Notes under the pieces: model-generated
Told to the model about the DNA's origin: nothing
Database searches by the model: none
What the model saw: only the letters and a program-made list of their open reading frames with translations
Made by a program: the position numbers and the translations under genes
Shown: piece by piece, positions 1-12,546 of the stretch
Position numbering within the stretch: position 1 is the stretch's first letter
Layout of the letters: every line of letters begins with the position of its first letter
Source: Fimbriosthenelais zetlandica
Lineage: Eukaryota
Assembly: GCA_977030845.1 (NCBI GenBank)
Contig: OZ365109.1
Location: 46,066,001 to 46,130,000, forward strand
Direction: 5' to 3'
Length of the DNA stretch: 64,000 nucleotides

Positions 1-1406
1 ACAAATAAACCTTGGTAGAAAATGTGACGGTTTAAATTGGAAATTGATCTGAAGAGAACAATAAAGATAGAATGGAGATGTCACTATAAATTTACATCAT
101 AGAGACAAAAGACAAACACCATAGGCGTTTGGATGAAGTCGGTGCGCCCTCCTTTGTCCGCTAGCTCACTTCTCTCATCAAGGTCTATTTCGAGTACTTG
201 TAAAGTCCCGATTTATGCATGCCAATCCTCATATTGACACAGAGAATGCCTGCCTGCCGGTAATTTTAGGCAGCACAGGAATAGTCAATTGATGTGAAAT
301 CATTGCCTGACTTGATGGAGGCAGCGGGATCCCTATAGGCTAAATTAATTTCGTTATTGCTCCCCTCAAATGTCAATGGTTAATACATACTGCGATTATA
401 AATATTTTCAGGAAAGGATCTGATCTGTGTACGATGGTTAAGCAGCCAGATAAGATCCAGGTTCAACCTAATATACATTGTTTTATACCATATAGACCTA
501 TTTATTTCCAATCATGAATATATTTATAAAGGACTGTCTTTCTTTATTCATCCCAGGGACTAATTGTAGTGCAAAAGACCTTGTTTGATATGAAATGTAA
601 GTTCAGACAGACATGCATGGATCTAATCCCCTGGATGGTTCTGAACCTATATATAATATTTTCGATGAAATCACCGAGAGTTACGGTTGACTTGATCAGG
701 ATTATGGATAGCAGTAAAAATTTGGTTTTAGGCCCCTACATATAAAAGGTAGTCTACTCTGGTCTGGGACAGTGTTTAATAGCGGTGCATGTCGAAGATG
801 GTCCAAAACATTTACCTTTTATACAATAAAGACATAAACTTATATACTGAACAGTAGATAGGGGCAACTCTAACAATTGTTTACCAAAAGTATAAGAGAA
901 ATGACGAACCATCCAAAATATCTTATGGCATAGAGAATAATATTTCATGTTGTGGACAGTACGTATACATGTATAGGTGCTAAATGGTGTCCAAGAAAGA
1001 GCACGTGGCTCCTTATATATTATATTAGCTTCCTCCCTCTCTCTACCTGCCTCTTTCTGCCCGCCACTCTCTGCCTGCCTCTCATCTCTGTCATTGTGGC
1101 CAGGTGGGCGTTAAACATCTACGTCAGACCACGTGCTTCATTCTCCTCCTCCTTACCTCACACTCGACCAGTTGACATTTTAATCGCGCGTTCTGCCTCC
1201 CGTCATATCCCACTCAATGGATAGTCATTGAAAAGATCACTGCTTTCTTCAGTTCAGGGTTGCAAGGTACCAGGTCTCATTCCAAGCCTTGACACAGGCG
1301 TGGCAAGACTGGGAATAGATAATCAAAGGAATAATCAACTGTGTTCAACTTTGGTTTTCATTTTTAAATGAGCCCTCACAGTTTGTAGGACAGAAAGTAA
1401 ACGAGG

Positions 1407-4400
1407 ATGGGCTACCGAGTGGTAATCCTAGGATCTGGAGGAGTTGGGAAAACAGCCATCGTAAACCGCTTTGTCGGTGAGGGATTTAGCCTTGATTATA
1501 ACCCTACAGTTGATGACATATACAGACACATTGTCAGAATGCCAGGTAAGACTATCTTTTAATCAGATAAACTTTTTTGCGACAAAACTTTTTTTATCAC
1601 TAAGTTCTGACTACTAAAAGAAATGAAGGAATAACCACTGCCACCCAGGGTTTTCAATAGAGTGCACTGAATCCACAAAAATAGCTGCCAACAGATGTTT
1701 CTGCTCAGTAGATTGTGCTTATAGGTCTACGTTTCCCGGGGCTACTCTTGGGCCAAATTCCCTAACCATCTAACTGAGCTTCGTAACCCATTGATGATCC
1801 AATTACATGTACAGTATTTGACCATTATTGCATTTGCAGCTCCTCCACTTTAAATTGTGACAAAACAATTCCATGAATATCAGTTACCGGTACCATGATT
1901 GCAGCCACTGTTTCTTCCACTTTAAGAAAGGGGGTGGGTGGTGGTCTGGTTTCAAATTCAAGGACATGAATTTAGAAAAACTTTTGCGACGGCCCCTTAG
2001 ATGCTTACTACACAGATTGCGCGAAAAATGAGTTCTGAACGCATCCAGTTGTGTAATAGTTGTGTGAAATTCTTTAAAGACACCTAGGGGATTCCTGTGA
2101 TATTACCCACTTGATTAATTGGCATTAATTGTTCAAAAATGTTGACTGGCAAAAATGGCAAGTTTGACAGAGATCGCTTTAAACACAGGAAAACCCCCAC
2201 CCAGGAAGCTATGCAGTGCAATGCAGGGATTTCTTCCATAAGTTCCCGTTAAATCTGTGCATTATAATGATATACTAGATTTTCCCCCATGAGATATACA
2301 CCATCTATCTTATACTAATGTGGGGTGGCTAAGGTGGCGTATTTCCTTGCAGTCGTCATGGAACAAAAAATAATTTAAAGCGTTAGCTCAATCACAGAGG
2401 TACATTCGGTTGAAGGTTTGCAGGTTCAATCCCTGAAGTACAAGTCATCCTTGGTCAGGGCATTTTTGATGCTGCTGTATATATTACATGTATATAGGTT
2501 TAGAGCACTCATTTGTATTAGAGCATGTAATTTATACACCTGAGAAATGTATGTTGCACAGAATGCATCATTGTCAATAGTGCAAAAGAGCAACTCCCAC
2601 ACGCCCTGGCGTGAGAAAAAAGTGTGTGAGCGAATATGAATAAATTGTACTTAAAAGAAGTGATTAAGATAAAAAAAGAATTACAGGTAGCTTCCGCACG
2701 GGAAATGCATGGTATAAGTCTTTAAGACAATCAAATTAAATGGTAATTGCATGCACGCTCTGGGACCATTTGACTTGTCGTTGATTTTTGCTGGTGAGCC
2801 ACATTTGTGAGGGGATAAGTTCTTGCTGTGCTGGCTGACAGTGAGCATGGAAACATCCATTAGAGGAGGATTAAGGCATCCCCATGTCTGCTTATCCGGG
2901 TCAATATCCGGCAGGACTTTTTAGTAATGGCACATTTATTTATGATGAAATACAGCTCACTCTGTTCGAGGCCAGGCACCATGGCAGGCAGTATAACTTC
3001 CTTCCTGACTCTTCGGAGGCTCGCACAAACACCCTGGCTCAGGAGATAGTGTTTTGTGGGAGGTCCTTGGTCTAATTCCCGTTGGAAGCATTCTCCATTT
3101 TACATTGTCCTCTTCCACCCAATGCTGCGAACTGCAGAATAATATATATGAAATATCAAAGGCCGGCCCTGTGGCCCTCTTCCCGTGGTTATTGGCATTA
3201 TAACGAAACCATTGCTGCCGTTTCAGAAGAAGGGTCATCATCAATATTACATTTCCTTTTCGTTCTGTGTTAGCTGAAGAAACTCACTGACCCTCCGAAT
3301 TTATATTGCTATTCGTCTGATTAAATTACACATTTCGTCATGCAATGAATGGTATAAGTATTGGTTGTTGGGGTGCAGCAAATTTGGCAAAGTTCTTCCC
3401 ATTCGATTTTGTTTTTACATGAGAGAAGGTCCAGGCTTGCATTGGGGCATCAGTTCCTCCCAAAATATATATTTATATATCTTTATTATGGCAACTATTA
3501 CATAACAAATGGACAAGGTGGACCCCGAGAAGGATATGACGCCATTTATGGATGGTCCCTTATGGGATGGAAATTAATCTCCTGTTAGTGTTACACAAAT
3601 GTGTATGCCCCGCGCGGGGATATGGAAGCTATTCACATTTGGAAGGAAAAGGCGGATGACAGCTAGTGTAATATTTGTAGGTGAATAGCAAAGGCTACTG
3701 TATATGAGTGGAAGGAGGGACCAGAAAAGGTGAAATACCTTCCCCCCAAATATTGGGGAAGGGGCATCTCTCTGGCTGTCCTGCCCACATATATATATAT
3801 ATATATCTATATTCTAAAGTCCTACCATACTCCTATTTATAGGTCCAATATCTCGCAGTGACCCAAGATAAACACAGTGAATATGGCCCTCGGACATGGG
3901 TTTGCCTTTATTTGCTGCTGAATATAGCCCTGCAATACAGTGGGTTTTAAGGTCGTGTCCAATAGGACAGGAAATGAGGGGAGTGTCCCCTCCATCCACT
4001 GCCTTGGACCAGGAGCAAACGTGAAGCCTGATCAAACATTGCCGGTCAGTCAGGGCTTCTAGTCTTATCATAGGCGGGTTACTGACATCGATGAATACCC
4101 TGCAAGAATAATGAGGCATTTATAGTCATAGAACCAGCCGAAAATACTCCTGCTTGGGGCCATTCTGCTGGGAAGCCCTTGTAAATATCCGACTGAGTGG
4201 TGGATGGCTGAGTGCTGCAAAAAGCCATAATCCAGAATCATCTAGTAAAGAGAGGCAGAGAGAAATGATATAACCGAATTGGACGTTTCATGACTAGCTG
4301 ATGGTATTAGGCCTATGGATTTAGACCGCCTTGATTCTTTATAAGCTCAAAGGAGCATGAAGGAGTATGTTTTGTACGTAGGTGTAATTGAGTCATCATT

Positions 4401-5456
4401 GCAATCCTGCAATAGTAATTGAGGATTGTCCAAAAGTAAAACTGAATGTTGCTGACAGTTTTGCATGGATTATACATACTCACTCTACACATACCCGAAT
4501 TCAGAAAAATAACAAACTTAAACCTCAAATATTTATAATATATCTGTATGGTTGTTACTGTTAGATATTATTTAATGTATACATAACGTTCTTTCGTCTG
4601 TTTCAGATGGGGGAATACATGGTATCGAGATTTTGGACACAGCAGGCCTACATCAGTTTCCAGCAATGAGACAACTGGGCATCCAATCAGGACGAGCGTT
4701 TATCATTGTCTTTTCAGTAGACGACCATCCGTCCTTCAAAGAGGCGTTGAGACTCGTAGATCTCGTAATAGAAGTAAAAGGTCAGTATAGGCTATTACTA
4801 TATGCTATATTTCTGATGATTTCGAAAATTTAATTCGTAACACATTTAAGTCATTATAAATACAACAGTGCTTTAGATTATAAATGGTTGTACAACGGCA
4901 CAAATGTGCATAAGGCTATAGCGGTCATAAAATCTGACGCTTATGACATCATTAGTTTTTTTCTTGCCATAATTTCTAATATTACTATTTTTCTTGCAAT
5001 CATTTGTAATATTTCATTTTGCTTCACGCTCTTCATAAAGGATCAGATGAAGCTCCGATTGTCCTTGTCGGTAACAAGACTGACCTCGCCTCTTTACGAG
5101 AAGTGGAACGCGAACAGGCCGAGAACGAGTCAGGCAAAAGAAACTGTCCATACGTTGAGGCTAGCGCCAAACAAAACGACAATGTAGAGGAAATCTTCAT
5201 GGGTTTATTGACGCGTGTCTTCAGAGTGGAAACCAAAGACACCCTCAGTATTCACATGAGGCTGTCACGACGCTTTAGCCGCAAGTCCAGTTCCAGCTCA
5301 CAAAAAAGTCTCAGCTCCGATAACGGCAATGAGATGAAGAGAAGTTCAAGTTCAGTGAGCGGAGTGAGCTCAGATGCTGGACGAGAAATGAAGCGGAGTA
5401 TCAGTGACTGTGAAAACAATAATAATGTCGATGAATTCCGCTGCACGCTCATGTGA
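1407..5456 (+). CDS. Ras-family small GTPase, Di-Ras/RASD(Rhes)-like, paralog 1 (3 exons, 242 aa)
   Basis: Exons 1407-1545, 4607-4780 and 5041-5456, with GT-AG introns both in phase 1 and a continuous 729-nt frame. G1 GSGGVGKT, effector loop YTPTVDD, G3 DTAGLHQFPAM, G4 NKTD, G5 EASAK, C-terminal CaaX CTLM. The HQFPAM segment resembles DIRAS/RASD. Confidence 0.92.
2380..2466 (+). mobile_element. tRNA-derived SINE head remnant
   Basis: TAGCTCAAT (A-box-like), GGTTCAATCCC (B-box), then GTCATCCTTGGTCAGGGCATTT, which resembles the post-tRNA core of many animal SINEs. Confidence 0.5.
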
Positions 5457-7887
5457 ACTTTTGTAAATTCATCTGCTGCTTCATATTCTTCTTTGAAAAA
5501 ATGACTGACATTATAATGTAGAGGGCATTGTACAACCATAGGCTAAATGCATTGCTGTAGCTGTCAATATGTAACTTCTTAAAATGTAACTGAATATACC
5601 AAGCATTCCATGCCTCGGAGTAAATCAAACTTAATATCCTTATGCTGGTTTGTTATAAGTTAAATGATATACACGGTAGCTATGCTATATATAACTGTCT
5701 ACAAATACGAACAAATACTTGGTGATATTGTGATACGATAATTAATGTATGTAGGCTATAAATGGTAATTCACTATTCAGAAGAACTGAAACAAAGTGCT
5801 AAGGAACGGAGAAAAGATTTTGGACACTTTTTGGTTGAGGGTTAAAGCCACTGTCATAATTATTTGACTGGAATCATTATTCGAAGAGTGAGAAAACATT
5901 CACATGTACTATATACATGTTTCTTTTCGACACCCTAGCTAACTAGATATTCCTGGTTATGATTGTTGCTAAATTAACAATCATTGAGATATTTCAAAAG
6001 CTACCATTACGGTAATTGAAGTAAAATGTATGTACATAGCTGAAATTAATTGTTTTATAATACAGGAAAATGTTATGATAGCTGGATTCAAGATTAGGCT
6101 ACGATAGTTCAAATATGTTGGGACAGTTCTTGGTTGCAAATAATAATAAACTGTGCATTAACCTCAATAATAATCGATCGAGGACGGTGTAATATTTGGA
6201 GTATGAGTAGGTTATAGGTTTTTTAAACGTTAGAAATTGTTAATGGCTAAAAACTTTATTAAAATATAGCTTAGATTCACTGAGATTGGATTCACTTTAA
6301 ATTAGAATACATTTAAATCGTAATTATGTCGTTGAATATATTATAACAGAAATATAATATTTACTGTTTACTGTCACAAGTTTGGGTTTAGATAAAAGAA
6401 TTCATTAATTGTTCTGAGCAGTTGACAAAGATATGGGGAAAAATCATTGGATGGAGTATAGGTTAATTGTCAGTAGGCCTTATAGGCTTAAAGTAGGCCT
6501 ACATGTAGCCAATTTTACTCTTCACAGTTAGGCCCGGGATTAACAGGGTCGTAGCCAAAACGTTCTGTATCATGTACCTCCATGTTGGCCCTGTCCAGAA
6601 GACGATTTTAAAGATATTCTTCTGGCTCGCGATGCGCATTCATGTTTTGAAACAGACCGAAGAATTATATGTAGAGCAGCGTAGAGCTTTTCTAAAGAGG
6701 AAATAAATTTCTCGAGAAGTTATGTGCTATAAAATAATATGTGATATTTAAGAGTACAAGTACTGGTAGCGGTATTTAACATTGGTGCTGTAGATTCATA
6801 GGCACTGTTAGAAAGGACTTGCACCTGAAGATGAATAAAAATCTTTTTGTAATGAGATGTTCGTTTCTTTATCTGATACAACAATATGGGAGTTACTATT
6901 CCGTTGTGACCGTTTTCGAATTGAGTAATCGTAATCAACTTACATTGTTTTTATTCTGGTGGAAATGGCCGAGATTGACACTGGCTAATTTGCTGTTCTT
7001 AAAAACCTATTTCCCTATTAGTTTTCTTACGAAAGCAACAACCGTTCAAAGAGACAGGAAGCCATGCCAAAAATGCACGTAGTAGGGACCTACTAATGAG
7101 GGAAATTGGAATGCTATTTCTAAACTTCTGTGCCTATGATCTTATTTGGTAATAAAGGGCTAATTTTAAATTCAAAGGTATCTGTTTGGAGTTTTGAGCC
7201 ATGTTTGCGTCAACATGTCTGGTGCCTTTAATTTGTCTCATTCTTGATTCTTGTGGTTATAAGATGACGTCATGCCCACTTTAGGCATTTGATTCACGCT
7301 TGTTAATAAAAACTTCCACGCTTGATGTTTCACTCTCCTATAAACAACCTGATCGGACCTTATAAGATATTGATGCAAAAAGGTCGTGACATTCTATCAT
7401 TTTTATTAGTAAGTACATCACCGATTTTTGAAGGCGTGTGTGTGGGTCTCCTCCTAGTTTCAACTAGGCCTAATAAACATTTGTCTCAGGCATTTTATAA
7501 CGTTCCTATATAGGCCTATGTTTCAACGACAAAAATGTACAATAAACTTTCTGGACTAATGGGGGGTTAAGTAGCTTTCACTGAAACGCGGGTGAGATAA
7601 TTAATAGGCCTATAGACATGACGCGGGCGTAAGAAAACGATTCATGATTGTCTGCATCACAATGCAAAACGTAATATATCCCTATATAATATACATGCGG
7701 GTCTACATAGTAGCTCAATGTCTTCCTATGTAATATGTACTGGCCGTGGCAAAATTATTTAACAATCATTCAATTCCCTGGATATAGTAGACCTATAGGC
7801 CTAGTGAAGCGAAAAGGCAGGCACGTGTTCCTTGTGCTCCGCCAGTTTGCTTTCATAAAGTATACACTATCAAATAGCTAAATCTTG

Positions 7888-10603
7888 TTATGATATGATA
7901 CAATTTTTTCCCTTTGTTTTTGTTCCTTTGGCATCACTTTTCTTATCATTATTTTCGCTTTCCCCGCCTTTATCGTTTGCTAAATTGGAAGCTTTTGATT
8001 TTTTCCTACCGTTATTGTCTACCTTTGCTAAAACTGCTCCCCCTGTTCCTCCCCGGTCACCCCCACCACTGTCAACAGTATCATCCTGACTTGTGACTCC
8101 AGCTATAATCTCCATTTTGCTATTGGACGATTTAACAGGTCTGTTCTTCTTTTTCCGTCCGTATTGTGGCATCTTTGGAAGCAACTTGTTTAAAAGAACC
8201 ATGAATGCTTCATTAACTTGGGAGTTTTCCTTAGCACTCACTTCCATGAAGGCACAGTTTCTCTTCACACATTCACTCTGTGCCTCTACTGCCTCCACCT
8301 CACGACTAGCAGAAGCATCACATTTATTCCCGAGTATAACAATTGGGGCCCTATGATTCACACCTGAAAATAATATTATAAAATAATAATTAAAAAAGAA
8401 GCTCAAATAATTTTATTACGTGTTATTATGTTATTATACGGAAAAATTGTTCAATCCAAAACTATGTACAATATACATGAAATTACACATCAATCAGTGA
8501 GTGAGAAAAAATAGCTAGACCTTAACCTTTTATTGTGTTAATTTCATCCACTAAGTCAAGGGCATTTAGGAAAGACATGACGTTGCTGATGTCGTAGACG
8601 AGGACAAAAGCTTTACCAGATTTGATGCTTAGCTTTTGCATTGAAGGCACAATGTGAAGACCAGCAGTATCCATTAATTCTAAGGAATGTGTCTGTCCAT
8701 CTGAAATACAAAATGAAAAAGAAATACAACATTTTTCAAATTTTTTACCTCTGTAAAATAGGAGTTTTAAATACAGTTTGATAAATGTGATGATTTCCCT
8801 CCATGGCCGCCATGTTTTGTCTAAGATGATGGATACTATCGAGGATTGGCCTGATACAAGCTGTAGCACATCTGGCCAGGTGGAACCACCGATGCCAACG
8901 ACCCTCTTTTCTTTACCCAACCCCCAGTTTAAGTTGGCTAAATAAGGGGACAAAAATATGTAGCAGAGCGTGGTTTCGATCCACGGACCTCTGGGTTATG
9001 GGCCCAGCACGCTTCCACTGCGCCACTCTGCTTCTCAGATAGGCAGTCGCAGACGTAGGCCTGATCATGTGCTGACAGTACATACATGTCCATGAGAAGG
9101 TTCAGTGGGGCATGATATTTTGTGTTATATTAACTCGATGAATAATCCACCTGGCTAGATGTGCTACAGCTTGCGTCAGGCCAGTCCTCGATAGTATAGG
9201 CCCTACTGGATAGTATCCCACCTGTCGCGCGGGAGACCGGGGTTCAATTCCCCGTCGTAGAGGTTCCTTTTTCTATTTCAAAGCCTATGACGAGGTGCAT
9301 GTTGTTTTCTCAGGTATGCAATATGTCGGCTTACTTGTACTGATATTATTCTTGCGAATGTGATGAACTATATAGGTGCCTTGATTAGGCATATGTTCCA
9401 ACCCACACTGTTTACAAATCCTCCGTTTCAACAGTATGGTACCGTTAAGATCATTTAATATAATGTATATTAGGCTATAATAATATATTACATAGGCCTA
9501 GATGCATAGATGTACTCTTATTCATATAAGGCCTATTAGGCTATAGGCCTTCGGCAGTATTATATTAAACTTTAATAATTTACATTGTCTATGCGTTAGA
9601 ACACTGCACACAAGATTAATGAATTATTAAAAGCTTTCCAACCTTGGCAAAGCATCTGTATTACATTATAGTATACACATGTATACATGCATAATTCATC
9701 AATGCAATATCCACCTGGACATGTAATTTATGTCAGTCACTGACCCATGAATCTTCCATCTTATTTGAACAATGAATGACAACTGAAGTGGATATCAAGT
9801 AACATTAGGCCTAATGTTAATAAATTTTATTTATTGGCCAAAGGTATAAACTAGCGGACCCCCCGTTTACAACGGGGACACACGCTGTCGGTGTAGGATC
9901 GAGTAATGGAGCTTAGCAAAGCATGCAGGGGGTTTCTGAATCTGAGGCTGAGAGGGATTTTCACCTAACAATGAAACTAATAATTATCAAAAGGGGGTTT
10001 CTCCGGTGTGAGGGGGAAATGCAGCTGCCATATTTTTCATAATAACGGGGATAAAAGGCATAATATGGAAAAGGAAGCCTGTCATGAAAAGGAGAAAAAA
10101 GGAAAGATTGCAACGACGTAAGAAACTTAACAGAAGCATTTGAAGCCTTAGGGAATCATAAACCCTCTCCTTCCAACTAGAGATGGATGCCACGTGCTTG
10201 TATTCCAATGATATCACAACAAATGGAAATTACATTAAAAGGTCTGTAAATGCAATATAAAGACAGTAGGCCTCTTTCGGTCTAATGGGTCTACCCCCAC
10301 CCAACCACGGATCCGCCACTAGCCCTTTCCAAAACCATGGATTTGTCCCTGCTATTTCTGCATAGCTTATATTATCTAAAAACCATAGGCTTAAAGCATT
10401 GTTATAAGCCTACAAAGAAAAATAGTGACGAATATCTCCAAATTACCTGGTGTCTGCATCTGATGCTTGTAGATATTCTCGATGGTTGGGTAATATCCAT
10501 ATGGGAACTGACCAGTCATGAATCTACTAATGAGAGAAGTTTTGCCCACACCACCCGATCCCATAATTACAATCCTATGGGTTGTCACAGCCATGATGCA
10601 CAT
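7888..10603 (-). CDS. Ras-family small GTPase, Di-Ras/RASD-like, paralog 2 (3 exons, 268 aa; 265 aa if the start is the ATG at 10594)
   Basis: Exons 10603-10447, 8700-8527 and 8363-7888, with GT-AG phase-1 introns and an 807-nt frame. G1 GSGGVGKT, YYPTIEN, G3 DTAGLHIVPSM, G4 NKCD, G5 EVSAK, a Lys-rich tail and CaaX CIIS. Confidence 0.92.
8833..8885 (-). repeat. Inverted duplicate of the tRNA-Asp upstream flank plus the tRNA 5' end (partner 9146-9197)
   Basis: The reverse complement TCCACCTGGCCAGATGTGCTACAGCTTGTATCAGGCCAATCCTCGATAGTA matches TCCACCTGGCTAGATGTGCTACAGCTTGCGTCAGGCCAGTCCTCGATAGTA at 9146, with 4 mismatches in 51 nt. Confidence 0.9.
8961..9032 (-). tRNA. tRNA-iMet: Initiator tRNA-Met (CAT)
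   Basis: The minus strand reads AGCAGAGTGGCGCAGTGGAAGCGTGCTGGGCCCATAACCCAGAGGTCCGTGGATCGAAACCACGCTCTGCTA (72 nt). It has the A1-U72 pair, three G-C pairs in the anticodon stem and the initiator-type T-loop ATCGAAA. A TTTTT Pol III terminator follows 4 nt downstream. Lies in intron 1 of GTPase paralog 2. Confidence 0.97.
9185..9262 (+). pseudogene. tRNA-Asp(GTC) pseudogene
   Basis: Matches the canonical metazoan tRNA-Asp (TCCTCGATAGTATAG...CCTGTC...GGGAGACCGGGGTTCAATTCCCCGTCG). It carries a 7-nt insertion in the D-arm (GCCCTAC, 9200-9206), a 1-nt loss and substitution in the anticodon-stem region, an A37-to-G change and a broken acceptor stem (TCGTAGAG). Confidence 0.85.
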
Positions 10604-12546
10604 TAATCCCCTACTGATGGGTGTAGGCCTACTGTAGATAATATGACCTCCTTGCCCTTGGCATCCTCTTCCTAAATTGTATTTTCATCCCGATTCCAAT
10701 GTAGCAAAAGATGACAACCGATTGTGCACATGCATAATGGCTCTCTTTAAAAGTAATTGATCTTTCTCATTATACAAGAGGTGCAAAGCATTCCAGTTGG
10801 GAAGACAGTATCAAATCTTCCCTAAGGTATAAAAAATTAAATGTTAGGGGTTCTAATATGTAGCTGAAGGTTTTGTCTTGTTGATTTGCTTCCCTGTTTA
10901 TATATGTAGCAATCTCCACTGGAAGAGTGGCTGACACTCCAGACATATTCTATGTGCATGTGTCTATGTCATGCAAGGGTATTGTGATTGAATGAGTGGG
11001 GAGGCAACTAACTGGAACAAGATAATGATATAATCAACATTATTGATATCATTCATTCCTCGAGGGGATCGGTGAATCAACGCTTGCAGCTAATCTGGCC
11101 CATTGGCCTCGAGGGCGTGACGTAACAATATGAAAATACCAACTGTACATAATTCACGTGCGTGCGTTACATGGACGCTGCAGGCTATAAGACTGAGAGA
11201 CCATAGGATGGTGTCTGCCCCTGTCTAATTGCTATTAGCAAAAAAAATCAATCGACCAATATCTATAGCACTAAAGTGGAGTGGGTTATTATATTATACA
11301 TACGTAATGGGCATATTCACTCCCAATGCGGAAAACTACTATTATAAGGAATAAGTCCAGGCCTACGTCTGAGGTTAAAATAATTAATTTTTATCCCTTA
11401 ACTTTGAAGTACACACATGTATAATTATACATACATACATTATGTATTGCAATGGGGATCTGTCTGGTAGCGTGTCATAGTAACCTAATGTATATTTTCC
11501 ACATGCATGTACCGGTACGTTTCGATGTCCTTCAAGTCTTCTAGCGGTGTATGTCCTATAGTCCCCTCCCTCCCCCACTTCTTTCTCTCATTATCAATAA
11601 TTCAAACTGCCTATTGACCAGTGTGTACATTCATTGATTTGAAAATTAGATTTGACTAGGTATTTCATAATTATATCGTCCTTTATATTCTCCAAGATTT
11701 GCGCTACATATTGTTTAGGCCCGCCCCACACTTTTACTATTTAGAGTGGCCCCCGCGAAAGGATAAATGAGATATCATTAAAACCTAACTTTATCTACCC
11801 TATAGATTCCATGTGGTAGACGCGTCTGATCATACCCAATAGATTCCCTATGGTAGACGCGTGGACATGTGGAGGTGAGTGTAGGGAGGGAGGGGAGTGG
11901 GGGCTGGGATCTCGACCAAGAAAAAAGAAAGGAAATAAAATCTAAAGATATGATCAAGGTCGGGCCATCATCATTGCCAAGATGAAACGGAGGGCTAGCT
12001 GATTTTAGATATCTCGATCCTCCCGTGTCGCCACCTGTAAGTGACGCATTTTCCAAAGTTTTTTTTTGGTAGGCCTATTTTATAAATTGTTCCTTGAGCA
12101 TAACATCAACACGTCTCTGAAAAGGGAGCTTTATGTCATTTCCCTTGCATCTGGATCAATTTCCGTAATTTGTAAAGTAAAGAGTTTTTAAAGGTTAGTT
12201 TGAAAGGTTTCCGTCATTTCTCAGCATCGGATCCCCGGATCAAAAGGGTTGGCTATACATAGTAATAAAAGTAAAAGCCAGGGTAGTTGTATGTCTGATG
12301 CCAGTTGACTTTAGCTGCTTGCTACAGCGTGGCAGCACAGTTCTGAGATGGACCATGCACAAACACCGTTTTAAAATATAAAAAATAAAAGGTTCACGTT
12401 ATTATTTACTTAAAATTGTCTATCACAGCTTTATTATTTATTGCAATATCGCATACATAATGATGTAATTCGCCTCTAGTCGGGACAGTAAATTGATGAG
12501 CATGATAAAAATAATTCTCCCCTAGCTAGTTGCCAGAAACAGACAA

